Shown here: piece by piece, positions 1 through 13,400 of the stretch
Numbering within the stretch: position 1 is the stretch's first letter
How the letters are laid out: each line of letters begins with the position of its first letter
Assembly (NCBI GenBank): GCA_964016885.1
Contig: OZ024742.1
Coordinates: 367,288,001-367,352,000 of the forward strand
Origin: Eledone cirrhosa
Lineage: Eukaryota
Reading direction: 5' to 3'
DNA: 64,000 nt
Notes under the pieces: generated by a model
The model's database searches: none
Seen by the model: the letters and a program-made list of their open reading frames with translations, nothing else
Told to the model about the DNA's origin: nothing
Translations under genes and position numbers: made by a program

Positions 1-3000
1 AGAATATTACAGTATACATGTACCTGAGCACATTTACAAAGAATATTACTGTATACATGTACCTGAGCACATTTACAAAGAATATTACAGTATAAATGTA
101 CCTGAGCACATTTACAAAGAATATTACAGTATACATGTACTTGGGCACATTTACAAAGAATATTACAGTATACATGTAGTTGGGCACATTTACAAAGAAT
201 ATTATAGTATACATGTACCTGAGCACATTTACAAAGAATATTACAGTATACATTTACCTGAGCTCATTTTCTAGGAATATTACAGAATACGTGTATCTGG
301 GCACATTTACAAAGAATATTATATTATACATATACCTGAGCACATTTACAAAGAATATTACAGTATACATGTACCTGAGCACATTTACAAAGAATATTAC
401 AGTATACATGTAGTTGGGCACATTTACAAAGAATATTACAGTATACATGTACCTGAGCACATTTACAAAGAATATTACAGTATACATGTACGTGGGCACA
501 TTTACAAAGAATATTACAGTATACATTTACTTGGGCACATTTACAAAGAATATTACAGTATACATGTACTTGGGCACATTTACAAAGAATATTACAGTAT
601 ACATGTACTTGGGCACATTTACAAAGAATATTACAGTATACATGTACCGGAGCACATTTACAAAGAATAGTACGGTATACATGTATCTGAGCACATTTAC
701 AAAGAATATTACAGTATACATATATCTGAGCACATTTACAAAGAATATTACAGTATACATGTACTTGGGCACATTTACAAAGAATATTATAGTATACATG
801 TACCTGAGCTCATTTACAAAGAATATTATAGTATACATGTACCTGAGCACATTTACAAAGAATATTACAGTATACATGTACCTGAGCTCATTTACAAAGA
901 ATATTATAGTATACATGTACCTGAGCACATTTACAAAGAATATTACAGTATACATTTACCTGAGCTCATTTTCTAGGAATATTACAGTATACGTGTATCT
1001 GGGCACATTTACAAAGAATATTATATTATACATATACCTGAGCACATTTACAAAGAATATTACAGTATACATATACCTGAGCACATTTACAAAGAATATT
1101 ACTGTATACATTTACTTGGGCACATTTACAAAGAATATTACAGTATACATGTACCTGAGCACATTTACAAAGAATATTACAGTATACATGTACCTGAACA
1201 CATTTACAAAGAATATTACAGTATACACATACCTGAGCTCATTTACAAAGAATATTACAGTATAAATGTACCTGAGCACATTTACAAAGAATATTACAGT
1301 ATACATGTACTTGGGCACATTTACAAAGAATATTATAGTATACATGTACCTGAGCTCATTTACAAAGAATATTATAGTATACATGTACCTGAGCACATTT
1401 ACAAAGAATATTACAGTATACATATATCTGAGCACCTTTACAAAGAATATTACAGTATATATGTACATGGGCACATTTACAAAGAATATTATAGTATACA
1501 TGTACCTGAGCTCATTTACAAAGAATATTATAGTATACATATACCTGAGCACATTTACAAAGAATATTACAGTATACATGTACCTGAGCTCATTTACAAA
1601 GAATATTATAGTATACATGTACCTGAGCACATTTACAAAGAATATTACAGTATACATTTACCTGAGCTCATTTTCTAGGAATATTACAGTATACGTGTAT
1701 CTGGGCACATTTACAAAGAATATTATATTATACATATACCTGAACACATTTACAAAGAATATTACAGTATACATATACCTGAGCACATTTACAAAGAATA
1801 TTACTGTATACATTTACTTGGGCACATTTACAAAGAATATTACAGTATACATGTACCTGAGCACATTTACAAAGGATATTACAGTATACATGTACCTGAA
1901 CACATTTACAAAGAATATTACAGTATACACATACCTGAGCTCATTTACAAAGAATATTACAGTATAAATGTACCTGAGCACATTTACAAAGAATATTACA
2001 GTATACATGTACTTGGGCACATTTACAAAGAATATTACAGTATACATGTACTTGGGCACATTTACAAAGAATATTACAGTATACATATACTTGGGCACAT
2101 TTACAAAGAATATTATAGTATACATGTACCTGAGCACATTTACAAAGAATATTACAGTATACATGTACCTGAGCACATTTACAAAGAATATTGCAGTATA
2201 CATGTACCTGAGCACATTTACAAAGAATATTATATTATACATGTACTTGGGCACATTTACAAAGAATAATTCAGTATACATGTACTTGGGCACATTTACA
2301 AAGAATATTACAGTATACATGTATCTGAGCACATTTACAAAGAATATTACAGTATACATATACCTGAGCTCATTTACAAAGAATATTACAGCATACATAT
2401 ACCTGAGCACATTTACAAAGAATATTACAGTATACATGTACCTGAGCTCATTTACAAAGAATATTATAGTATACATGTACCTGAGCTCATTTACAAAGAA
2501 TATTATAGTATACATATACCTGAGCACATTTACAAAGAATATTACTGTATACATGTACCTGAGCACATTTACAAAGAATATTATAGTATACATGTACCTG
2601 AGCTCATTTACAAAGAATATTATAGTATACATGTACCTGAGCACATTTACAAAGAATATTACAGTATACATATATCTGAGCACCTTTACAAAGAATATTA
2701 CAGTATACATGTACTTGGGCACATTTACAAAGAATATTATAGTATACATGTACCTGAGCTCATTTACAAAGAATATTATAGTATACATGTACCTGAGCAC
2801 ATTTACAAAGAATATTACAGTATACATGTACCTGAGCTCATTTACAAAGAATATTATAGTATACATGTACCTGAGCACATTTACAAAGAATATTACAGTA
2901 TACATTTACCTGAGCTCATTTTCTAGGAATATTACAGTATACGTGTATCTGGGCACATTTACAAAGAATATTATATTATACATATACCTGAGCAGATTTA
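1..3000. repeat. Left domain: degenerate higher-order blocks at 18-monomer (702 bp) and 32-monomer spacing
   Basis: The marker trio TTTTCTAGG / TACGTGTATCTGGG / ATTATATTATAC recurs with CTAGG at 271, 973, 1675 and 2923. Spacings are 702, 702 and 1248 bp (18, 18 and 32 x 39). The monomers in between match only partly. Confidence 0.7.
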
Positions 3001-6000
3001 CAAAGAATATTACAGTATACATATACCTGAGCACATTTACCAAGAATATTACTGTATACATTTACTTGGGCACATTTACAAAGAATATTACAGTATACAT
3101 GTACCTGAACACATTTACAAAGAATATTACAGTATACACATACCTGAGCTCATTTACAAAGAATATTACAGTATAAATGTACCTGAGCACATTTACAAAG
3201 AATATTACAGTATACATGTACTTGGGCACATTTACAAAGAATATTACAGTATACATATACTTGGGCACATTTACAAAGAATATTATAGTATACATCTACC
3301 TGAGCACATTTACAAAGAATATTACAGTATACATGTACCTGAGCACATTTACAAAGAATATTGCAGTATACATGTACCTGAGCACATTTACAAAGAATAT
3401 TATATGATACATGTACTTGGGCACATTTACAAAGAATAATTCAGTATACATGTACTTGGGCACATTTACAAAGAATATTACAGTATACATGTTTCTGAGC
3501 ACATTTACAAAGAATATTACAGTATACATGTACCTGAGCACATTTACAAAGAATATTACAGTATACATATACCTGAGCTCATTTACAAAGAATATTACAG
3601 CATACATATACCTGAGCACATTTACAAAGAATATTACAGTATACATGTACCTGAGCTCATTTACAAAGAATATTATAGTATACATGTACCTGAGCTCATT
3701 TACAAAGAATATTATAGTATACATATACCTGAGCACATTTACAAAGAATATTACAGTATACATGTACCTGAGCACATTTACAAAGAATATTATAGTATAC
3801 ATGTACCTGAGCACATTTACAAAGAATATTACAGTATACATATACCTGAGCACATTTACAAAGAATATTACAGTATACATGTACCTGAGCACATTTACAA
3901 AGAATATTATAGTATACATGTACCTGAGCACATTTACAAAGAATATTACGGTATACATATACCTGAGCACATTTACAAAGAATATTACAGTATACATTTA
4001 CTTGGGCACATTTACAAAGAATATTACAGTATACATGTACTTGGGCACATTTACAAAGAATATTACAGTATACATGAACCTGAGCACATTTACAAAGAAT
4101 ATTACAGTATACATTTACCTGAGCACATTTACAAAGAATATTACAGTATACATGTACCTGAGCACATTTACAAAGAATATTACAGTATACATGTACCTGG
4201 GCACATTTACAAAGAATATTACAGTATAAATGTACCTGAGCACATTTACAAAGAATATTACAGTATACATGTACTTGGGCACATTTACAAAGAATATTAC
4301 AGTATACATGTACCTCAGGACATTTACAAAGAATATTACAGTATACATGTACCTGAGCACATTTACAAAGAATATTACAGTATACATGTAGTTGGGCACA
4401 TTTACAAAGAATATTACAGTATACATGTACCTGAGCACATTTACAAAGAATATTACAGTATACATTTACTTGGGGACATTTACAAAGAATATTACAGTAT
4501 ACATGTACTTGGGCACATTTACAAAGAATATTACAGTATACATTTACTTGGGCACATTTACAAAGAATATTACAGTATACCTGTACTTGGGCACATTTAC
4601 AAAGAATATTACAGTATACATGTACTTGGGCACATTTACAAAGAATATTACAGTATACATGTACCGGAGCACATTTACAAAGAATAGTACAGTATACATG
4701 TATCTGAGCACATTTACAAAGAATATTACAGTATAAATATATCTGAGCACATTTACAAAGAATATTACAGTATACATGTACTTGGGCACATTTACAAAGA
4801 ATATTATAGTATACATGTACCTGAGCTCATTTACAAAGAATATTATAGTATACATGTACCTGAGCACATTTACAAAGAATATTATAGTATACATGTACCT
4901 GAGCTCATTTACAAAGAATATTATAGTATACATGTACCTGAGCACATTTACAAAAATATTACAGTATACATTTACCTGAGCTCATTTTCTAGGAATATTA
5001 CAGTATACGTGTATCTGGGCACATTTACAAGGAATATTATATTATACATATACCTGAGCACTTTTACAAAGAATATTACAGTATACATATACCTGAGCAC
5101 ATTTACCAAGAATATTACTGTATACATTTACTTGGGCACATTTACAAAGAATATTACAGTATACATGTACCTGAGCACATTTACAAAGAATATTACAGTA
5201 TACATGTACCTGAACACATTTACAAAGAATATTACAGTATACACATACCTGAGCTCATTTACAAAGAATATTACAGTATAAATGTACCTGAGCACATTTA
5301 CAAAGAATATTACAGTATACATGTACTTGGGCACATTTACAAAGAATATTACAGTATACATATACTTGGGCACATTTACAAAGAATATTATAGTATACAT
5401 GTACCTGAGCACATTTACAAAGAATATTACAGTATACATGTACCTGAGCACATTTACAAAGAATATTGCAGTATACATGTACCTGAGCACATTTACAAAG
5501 AATATTATATGATACATGTACTTGGGCACATTTACAAAGAATAATTCAGTATACATGTACTTGGGCACATTTACAAAGAATATTACAGTATACATGTTTC
5601 TGAGCACATTTACAAAGAATATTACAGTATACATGTACCTGAGCACATTTACAAAGAATATTACAGTATACATATACCTGAGCTCATTTACAAAGAATAT
5701 TACAGCATACATATACCTGAGCACATTTACAAAGAATATTACAGTATACATGTACCTGAGCTCATTTACAAAGAATATTATAGTATACATGTACCTGAGC
5801 TCATTTACAAAGAATATTATAGTATACATATACCTGAGCACATTTACAAAGAATATTACAGTATACATGTACCTGAGCACATTTACAAAGAATATTATAG
5901 TATACATGTACCTGAGCACATTTACAAAGAATATTACAGTATACATATACCTGAGCACATTTACAAAGAATATTACAGTATACATGTACCTGAGCACATT

Positions 6001-7400
6001 TACAAAGAATATTATAGTATACATGTACCTGAGCACATTTACAAAGAATATTACGGTATACATATACCTGAGCACATTTACAAAGAATATTACAGTATAC
6101 ATTTACTTGGGCACATTTACAAAGAATATTACAGTATACATGAACCTGAGCACATTTACAAAGAATATTACAGTATACATTTACCTGAGCACATTTACAA
6201 AGAATATTACAGTATACATGTACCTGAGCACATTTACAAAGAATATTACAGTATACATGTACCTGGGCACATTTACAAAGAATATTACAGTATAAATGTA
6301 CCTGAGCACATTTACAAAGAATATTACAGTATACATGTACTTGGGCACATTTACAAAGAATATTACAGTATACATGTACCTCAGGACATTTACAAAGAAT
6401 ATTACAGTATACATGTACCTGAGCACATTTACAAAGAATATTACAGTATACATGTAGTTGGGCACATTTACAAAGAATATTACAGTATACATGTACCTGA
6501 GCACATTTACAAAGAATATTACAGTATACATTTATTGGGGACATTTACAAAGAATATTACAGTATACATGTACTTGGGCACATTTACAAAGAATATTACA
6601 GTATACATTTACTTGGGCACATTTACAAAGAATATTACAGTATACCTGTACTTGGGCACATTTACAAAGAATATTACAGTATACATGTACTTGGGCACAT
6701 TTACAAAGAATATTACAGTATACATGTACCGGAGCACATTTACAAAGAATAGTACAGTATACATGTATCTGAGCACATTTACAAAGAATATTACAGTATA
6801 AATATATCTGAGCACATTTACAAAGAATATTACAGTATACATGTACTTGGGCACATTTACAAAGAATATTATAGTATACATGTACCTGAGCTCATTTACA
6901 AAGAATATTATAGTATACATGTACCTGAGCACATTTACAAAGAATATTATAGTATACATGTACCTGAGCTCATTTACAAAGAATATTATAGTATACATGT
7001 ACCTGAGCACATTTACAAAAATATTACAGTATACATTTACCTGAGCTCATTTTCTAGGAATATTACAGTATACGTGTATCTGGGCACATTTACAAGGAAT
7101 ATTATATTATACATATACCTGAGCACTTTTACAAAGAATATTACAGTATACATATACCTGAGCACATTTACAAAGAATATTACTGTATACATTTACTTGG
7201 GCACATTTACAAAGAATATTACAGTATACATGTACCTGAGCACATTTACAAAGAATATTACAGTATACATGTACCTGAACACATTTACAAAGAATATTAC
7301 AGTATACACATACCTGAGCTCATTTACAAAGAATATTACAGTATAAATGTACCTGAGCACATTTACAAAGAATATTACAGTATACATGTACTTGGGCACA
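2900..7400. repeat. Tandem duplication of a 53/54-monomer block (about 2.07-2.1 kb)
   Basis: The same rare variants occur twice in the same order: ATATGATAC (~3402/5507), ATGTTTCTGAG (~3489/5594), ATGAACC (~4074/6140), CCTCAGGA (~4313/6379), GGGGAC (~4472/6537), TACCTGTAC (~4578/6643) and the 38-bp TTTACAAAAATATT (~4947/7012). Offsets are 2105, then 2066, then 2065. Confidence 0.92.
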
Positions 7401-10400
7401 TTTACAAAGAATATTACAGTATACATGTACCTCAGGACATTTACAAAGAATATTACAGTATACATGTACCTGAGCACATTTACGAAGAATATTTCAGTAT
7501 ACATGTACTTGGGCACATTTACAAAGAATATTACAGTATACATGTACCTGAGCACATTTACAAAGAATATTACAGTATACATTTATTTGGGCACATTTAC
7601 AAAGAATATTACAGTATACATGTATTTGGACACATTTACAAAGAATATTACAGTATACATTTACTTGGGCACATTTACAAAGAATATTACAGTATACATG
7701 TACTTGGGCACATTTACAAAGAATATTACAGTATACATGTACTTGGGCACATTTACAAAGAATATTACAGTATAAATGTACCTGAGCACATTTACAAAGA
7801 ATATTACAGTATACATGTACCTCAGCACATTTACAAAGAATATTATAGTATACATGTACTTGGGCACATTTACAAAGAGCATCACAGTATACATGTACTT
7901 GGGCACATTTACAAAGAATATTACAGTATACATGTACTTGGGTACATTTACAAAGAATATTATAGTATACATGTACCTGAGCACATTTACAAAGAATATT
8001 ACAGTATACATGTACCTGAGCACATTTACAAAGAATATTGCAGTATACATGTACCTGAGCACATTTACAAAGAATATTATATTATACATGTACTTGGGCA
8101 CATTTACAAAGAATAATTCAGTATACATGTACTTGGGCACATTTACAAAGAATATTACAGTATACATGTACCTGAGCACATCTACAAAGAATATTATACA
8201 TTTACTGAGCACATTTACAAAGAATATTACAGTATACATGTACTCGGGCACATTTACAAAGAATATTACAGTATACACGTACCTGAGCACATTTACAAAG
8301 AATATTACAGTATACATGTACCTCAGCACATTTACAAAGAATATTATAGTATACATGTACTTGGGCACATTTACAAAGAGCATCACAGTATACATGTACT
8401 TGGGCACATTTACAAAGAATATTACAGTATACATGTACTTGGGCACATTTACAAAGAATATTACAGTATACATGTACTTGGGCACATTTACAAAGAATAT
8501 TACAGTATACATGTACCTGAGCACATTTACAAAGAATATTACAGTATACATGTACCTCAGCACATTTACAAAGAATATTATAGTATACATGTACTTGGGC
8601 ACATTTACAAAGAGCATCACAGTATACATGTACTTGGGCACATTTACAAAGAATATTACAGTATACATGTACTTGGGTACATTTACAAAGAATATTATAG
8701 TATACATGTACCTGAGCACATTTACAAAGAATATTACAGTATACATGTATCTGAGCACATTTACAAAGAATATTACAGTATACATGTACTTGGGCACATT
8801 CACAAAGAATATTACAGTATACATGTACCTGAGCACATACACAAAGAATATTACAGTATACATGTACCTGAGCACTTCTACAAAGAATATTATAGTATAC
8901 ATGTACCTCAGCACATTTACAAAGAATATTACAGTATACATGTACTCGGGCACATTTACAAAGAATATTATAGTATACATGTACCTGAGCTCATTTACAA
9001 AGAATATTATAGTATACATATACCTGAGCACATTTACAAAGAATATTACAGTATACATATACCTGAGCACATTTACAAAGAATATTACTGTATACATTTA
9101 CTTGGGCACATTTACAAAGAATATTACAGTATACATGTACCTGAGCACATTTACAAAGAATATTACAGTATACATGTACCTGAACACATTTACAAAGAAT
9201 ATTACAGTATACACATACCTGAGCACATTTACAAAGAATATTACAGTATAAATGTACCTGAGCACATTTACAAAGAATATTACAGTATACATGTACTTGG
9301 GCACATTTACAAAGAATATTACAGTATACATGTACCTCAGGACATTTACAAAGAATATTACAGTATACATGTACCTGAGCACATTTACAAAGAATATTAC
9401 AGTATACATTTATTTGGGCACATTAACAAAGAATATTACAGTATACATGTATTTGGACACATTTACAAAGAATATTACAGTATACATTTACTTGGGCACA
9501 ATTACAAAGACTATTACAGTATACATGTACTTGGGCACATTTACAAAGAATATTACAGTATACATGTACTTGGGCACATTTACAAAGAATATTACAGTAT
9601 ACACATACCTGAGCTCATTTACAAAGAATATTACAGTATACATGTACCTGAGCACATTTACGAAGAATATTACAGTATACATGTACTTGGGCACATTTAC
9701 AAAGAATATTACAGTATACATGTACCTGAGCACATTTACAAAGAATATTACAGTATACATGTACTTGGGCACATTTACAAAGAATATTACACTATACATG
9801 TACCTCAGGACATTTACAAAGAATATTACAGTATACATGTACCTGAGCACATTTACGAAGAATATTACAGTATACATGTACTTGGGCACATTTACAAAGA
9901 ATATTACAGTATACATGTACCTGAGCACATTTACAAAGAATATTACAGTATACATTTACTTGGGCACATTTACAAAGAATATTACAGTATACATGTACTT
10001 GGGCACATTTACAAAGAATATTACAGTATACATGTACCTGAGCACATTTACAAAGAATATTACAGTATACATGTACCTCAGCACATTTACAAAGAATATT
10101 ATAGTATACATGTACTTGGGCACATTTACAAAGAGCATCACAGTATACATGTACTTGGGCACATTTACAAAGAATATTACACTATACATGTACTTGGGTA
10201 CATTTACAAAGAATATTATAGTATACATGTACCTGAGCACATTTACAAAGAATATTACAGTATACATGTACCTGAGCACATTTACAAAGAATATTGCAGT
10301 ATACATGTACCTGAGCACATTTACAAAGAATATTATATTATACATGTACTTGGGCACATTTACAAAGAATAATTCAGTATACATGTACTTGGGCACATTT

Positions 10401-13400
10401 ACAAAGAATATTACAGTATACATGTATCTGAGCACATTTACAAAGAATATTACAGTATACATGTACTTGGGCACATTTACAAAGAATATTATAGTATACA
10501 TGTACCTGAGCTCATTTACAAAGAATATTATAGTATACATGTACCTCAGCACATTTACAAAGAATATTACAGTATACATGTACCTGAGCTCATTTACAAA
10601 GAATATTATAGTATACATGTACCTGAGCTCATTTACAAAGAATATTATAGTGTACATTTACCTGAGCACATTTACAAAGAATATTACAGTATACATGTAC
10701 CTGAGCACATTTACAAAGAATATTATAGTATACATGTACCTGAGCACATTTACAAAGAATATTACAGTATACATATACCTGAGCACATTTACAAAGAATA
10801 TTACAGTATACATGTACCTGAGCACATTTACAAAGAATATTATAGTATACATGTACCTGAGCACATTTACAAAGAATATTACGGTATACATATACCTGAG
10901 TACATTTACAAAGAATATTACAGTATACATTTACTTGGGCACATTTACAAAGAATATTACAGTATACATGTACTTGGGCACATTTACAAAGAATATTACA
11001 GTATACATGAACCTGAGCACATTTACAAAGAATATTACAGTATACATGTACCTGAGCACATTTACAAAGAATATTACAGTATACATGTACCTGAGCACAT
11101 TTACAAAGAATATTGCAGTATACATGTACCTGAGCACATTTACAAAGAATATTACAGTATAAATGTACCTGAGCACATTTACAAAGAATATTACAGTATA
11201 CATGTACTTGGGCGCATTTACAAAGAATATTACAGTATACATGTACCTCAGGACATTTACAAAGAATACTACAGTATACATGTACCTGAGCACATTTACA
11301 AAGAATATTACAGTATACATGTAGTTGGGCACATTTACAAAGAATATTACAGTATACATGTACCTGAGCACATTTACAAAGAATATTACAGTATACATTT
11401 ACTTGGGGACATTTACAAAGAATATTACAGTATACATGTACTTGGGCACATTTACAAAGAATATTACAGTATACATTTACTTGGGCACATTTACAAAGAA
11501 TATTACAGTATACATGTACTTGGGCACATTTACAAAGAATATTACAGTATACATGTACTTGGGCACTTTTACAAAGAATATTACAGTATACATGTACTTG
11601 GGCACATTTACAAAGAATATTACAGTATACATGTATCTGAGCACATTTACAAAGAATATTACAGTATACATGTACTTGGGCACATTTACAAAGAATATTA
11701 CAGTATACATGTACCTGAGCACATACACAAAGAATATTACAGTATACATGTACCTGAGCACATCTACAAAGAATATTATAGTATACATGTACCTCAGCAC
11801 ATTTACAAAGAATATTATACATTTACTGAGCACATTTACAAAGAATATTACAGTATACATGTACTTGGGCACATTTACAAAGAATATTATAGTATACATG
11901 TACCTGAGCACATTTACAAAGAATATTACAGTATACATGTACCTGAGCTCATTTACAAAGAATATTATAGTATACATGTACCTGAGCTCATTTACAAAGA
12001 ATATTATAGTGTACATATACCTGAGCACATTTACAAAGAATATTACAGTATACATGTACCTGAGCACATTTACAAAGAATATTACAGTATACATGTACCT
12101 GAGCACATTTACAAAGAATATTACAGTATACATTTACTTGGGCACATTTACAAAGAATATTTCAGTATACATGTACTTGGGCACATTTACAAAGAATATT
12201 ACAGTATACATGTACCTGAGCACATTTACAAAGAATATTACAATATACATGTACCTCAGCACATTTACAAAGAATATTATAGTATACATGTACTTGGGCA
12301 CATTTACAACGAGCATTACAGTATACATGTACTTGGGCACATTTACAAAGAATATTACAGCATACATGTACTTGGGTACATTTACAAAGAATATTATATT
12401 ATACATGTACCTGAGCACATTTACAATGAATATTACAGTATACATGTACCTGAGCACATTTACAAAGAATATTGCAGTATACATGTACCTGAGCACATTT
12501 ACAAAGAATATTATATTATACATGTACTTGGGCACATTTACAAAGAATAATTCAGTATACATGTACTTGGGCACATTTACAAAGAATATTACAGTATACA
12601 TGTATCTGAGCACATTTACAAAGAATATTACAGTATACATGTACCTGAGCACATTTACAAAGAATATTACAGTATACATGTACCTGAGCACATTTACAAA
12701 GAATATTATAGTATACTTGTACCTGAGCACATTTACAAAGAGTATTACAGTATACATATACCTGAGCTCATTTACAAAGAATATTACAGTATACATATAC
12801 CTGAGCACATTTACAAAGAATATTACAGTATACATGTACCTGAGCTCATTTACAAAGAATATTATAGTATACATGTACCTGAGCACATTTACAAAGAATA
12901 TTACAGTATACATTTACCTGAGCTCATTTACTAGGAATATTACAGTATACGTGTATCTGGGCACATTTACAAAGAATATTATATTATACATATACATGAG
13001 TACATTTACAAAGAATATTACAGTATACATATACCTGAGCACATTTACAAAGAATATTACAGTATACATTTACTTGAGCACATTTACAAAGAATATTACA
13101 GTATACATGTACTTGGGCACATTTACAAAGAATATTACAGTATACATGTACCTGGGCACATTTACAAAGAATATTACAGTATACATTTACTTGGGCACAT
13201 TTACAAAGAATATTACAGTATACATGTACTTGGGCACATTTACAAAGAATATTAAAGTATACATTTACTTGGGCACATTTACAAAGAATATTACAGTATA
13301 CATGTGCTTGGGCACATTTACAAGGAATATTACAGTATACATGTACTTGCGCACATTTACAAAGAATATTACAGTATACATGTACCTGAGCACATTCACA
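7400..13400. repeat. Mosaic, more diverged domain made of short local and dispersed block copies, with no regular HOR period
   Basis: Domain-specific markers AAGAGCATCAC (~7875, 8376, 8610, 10131), CCTCAGC, TACTCGGG and a 33-bp monomer (~8190, ~11810) are irregularly spaced, and singleton variants are frequent. Confidence 0.7.

Noticed and set aside
14-39. Transcription-factor-like words (p53 half-site-like ATACATGTAC, forkhead-like GTAAATG on the minus strand)
   Set aside because: These are imperfect short matches expected by chance in AT-rich DNA, with no supporting context.
10629-11822. Cys-rich minus-strand ORFs (CAQVHVYCNILCK)n and His/Tyr-rich (HIYKEYYSIHVPE)n as metal-binding or zinc-finger proteins
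   Set aside because: These are alternative frames of the same satellite. They lack C2H2 spacing and linkers, and are broken by the common GAGCTC or CTAG variants.
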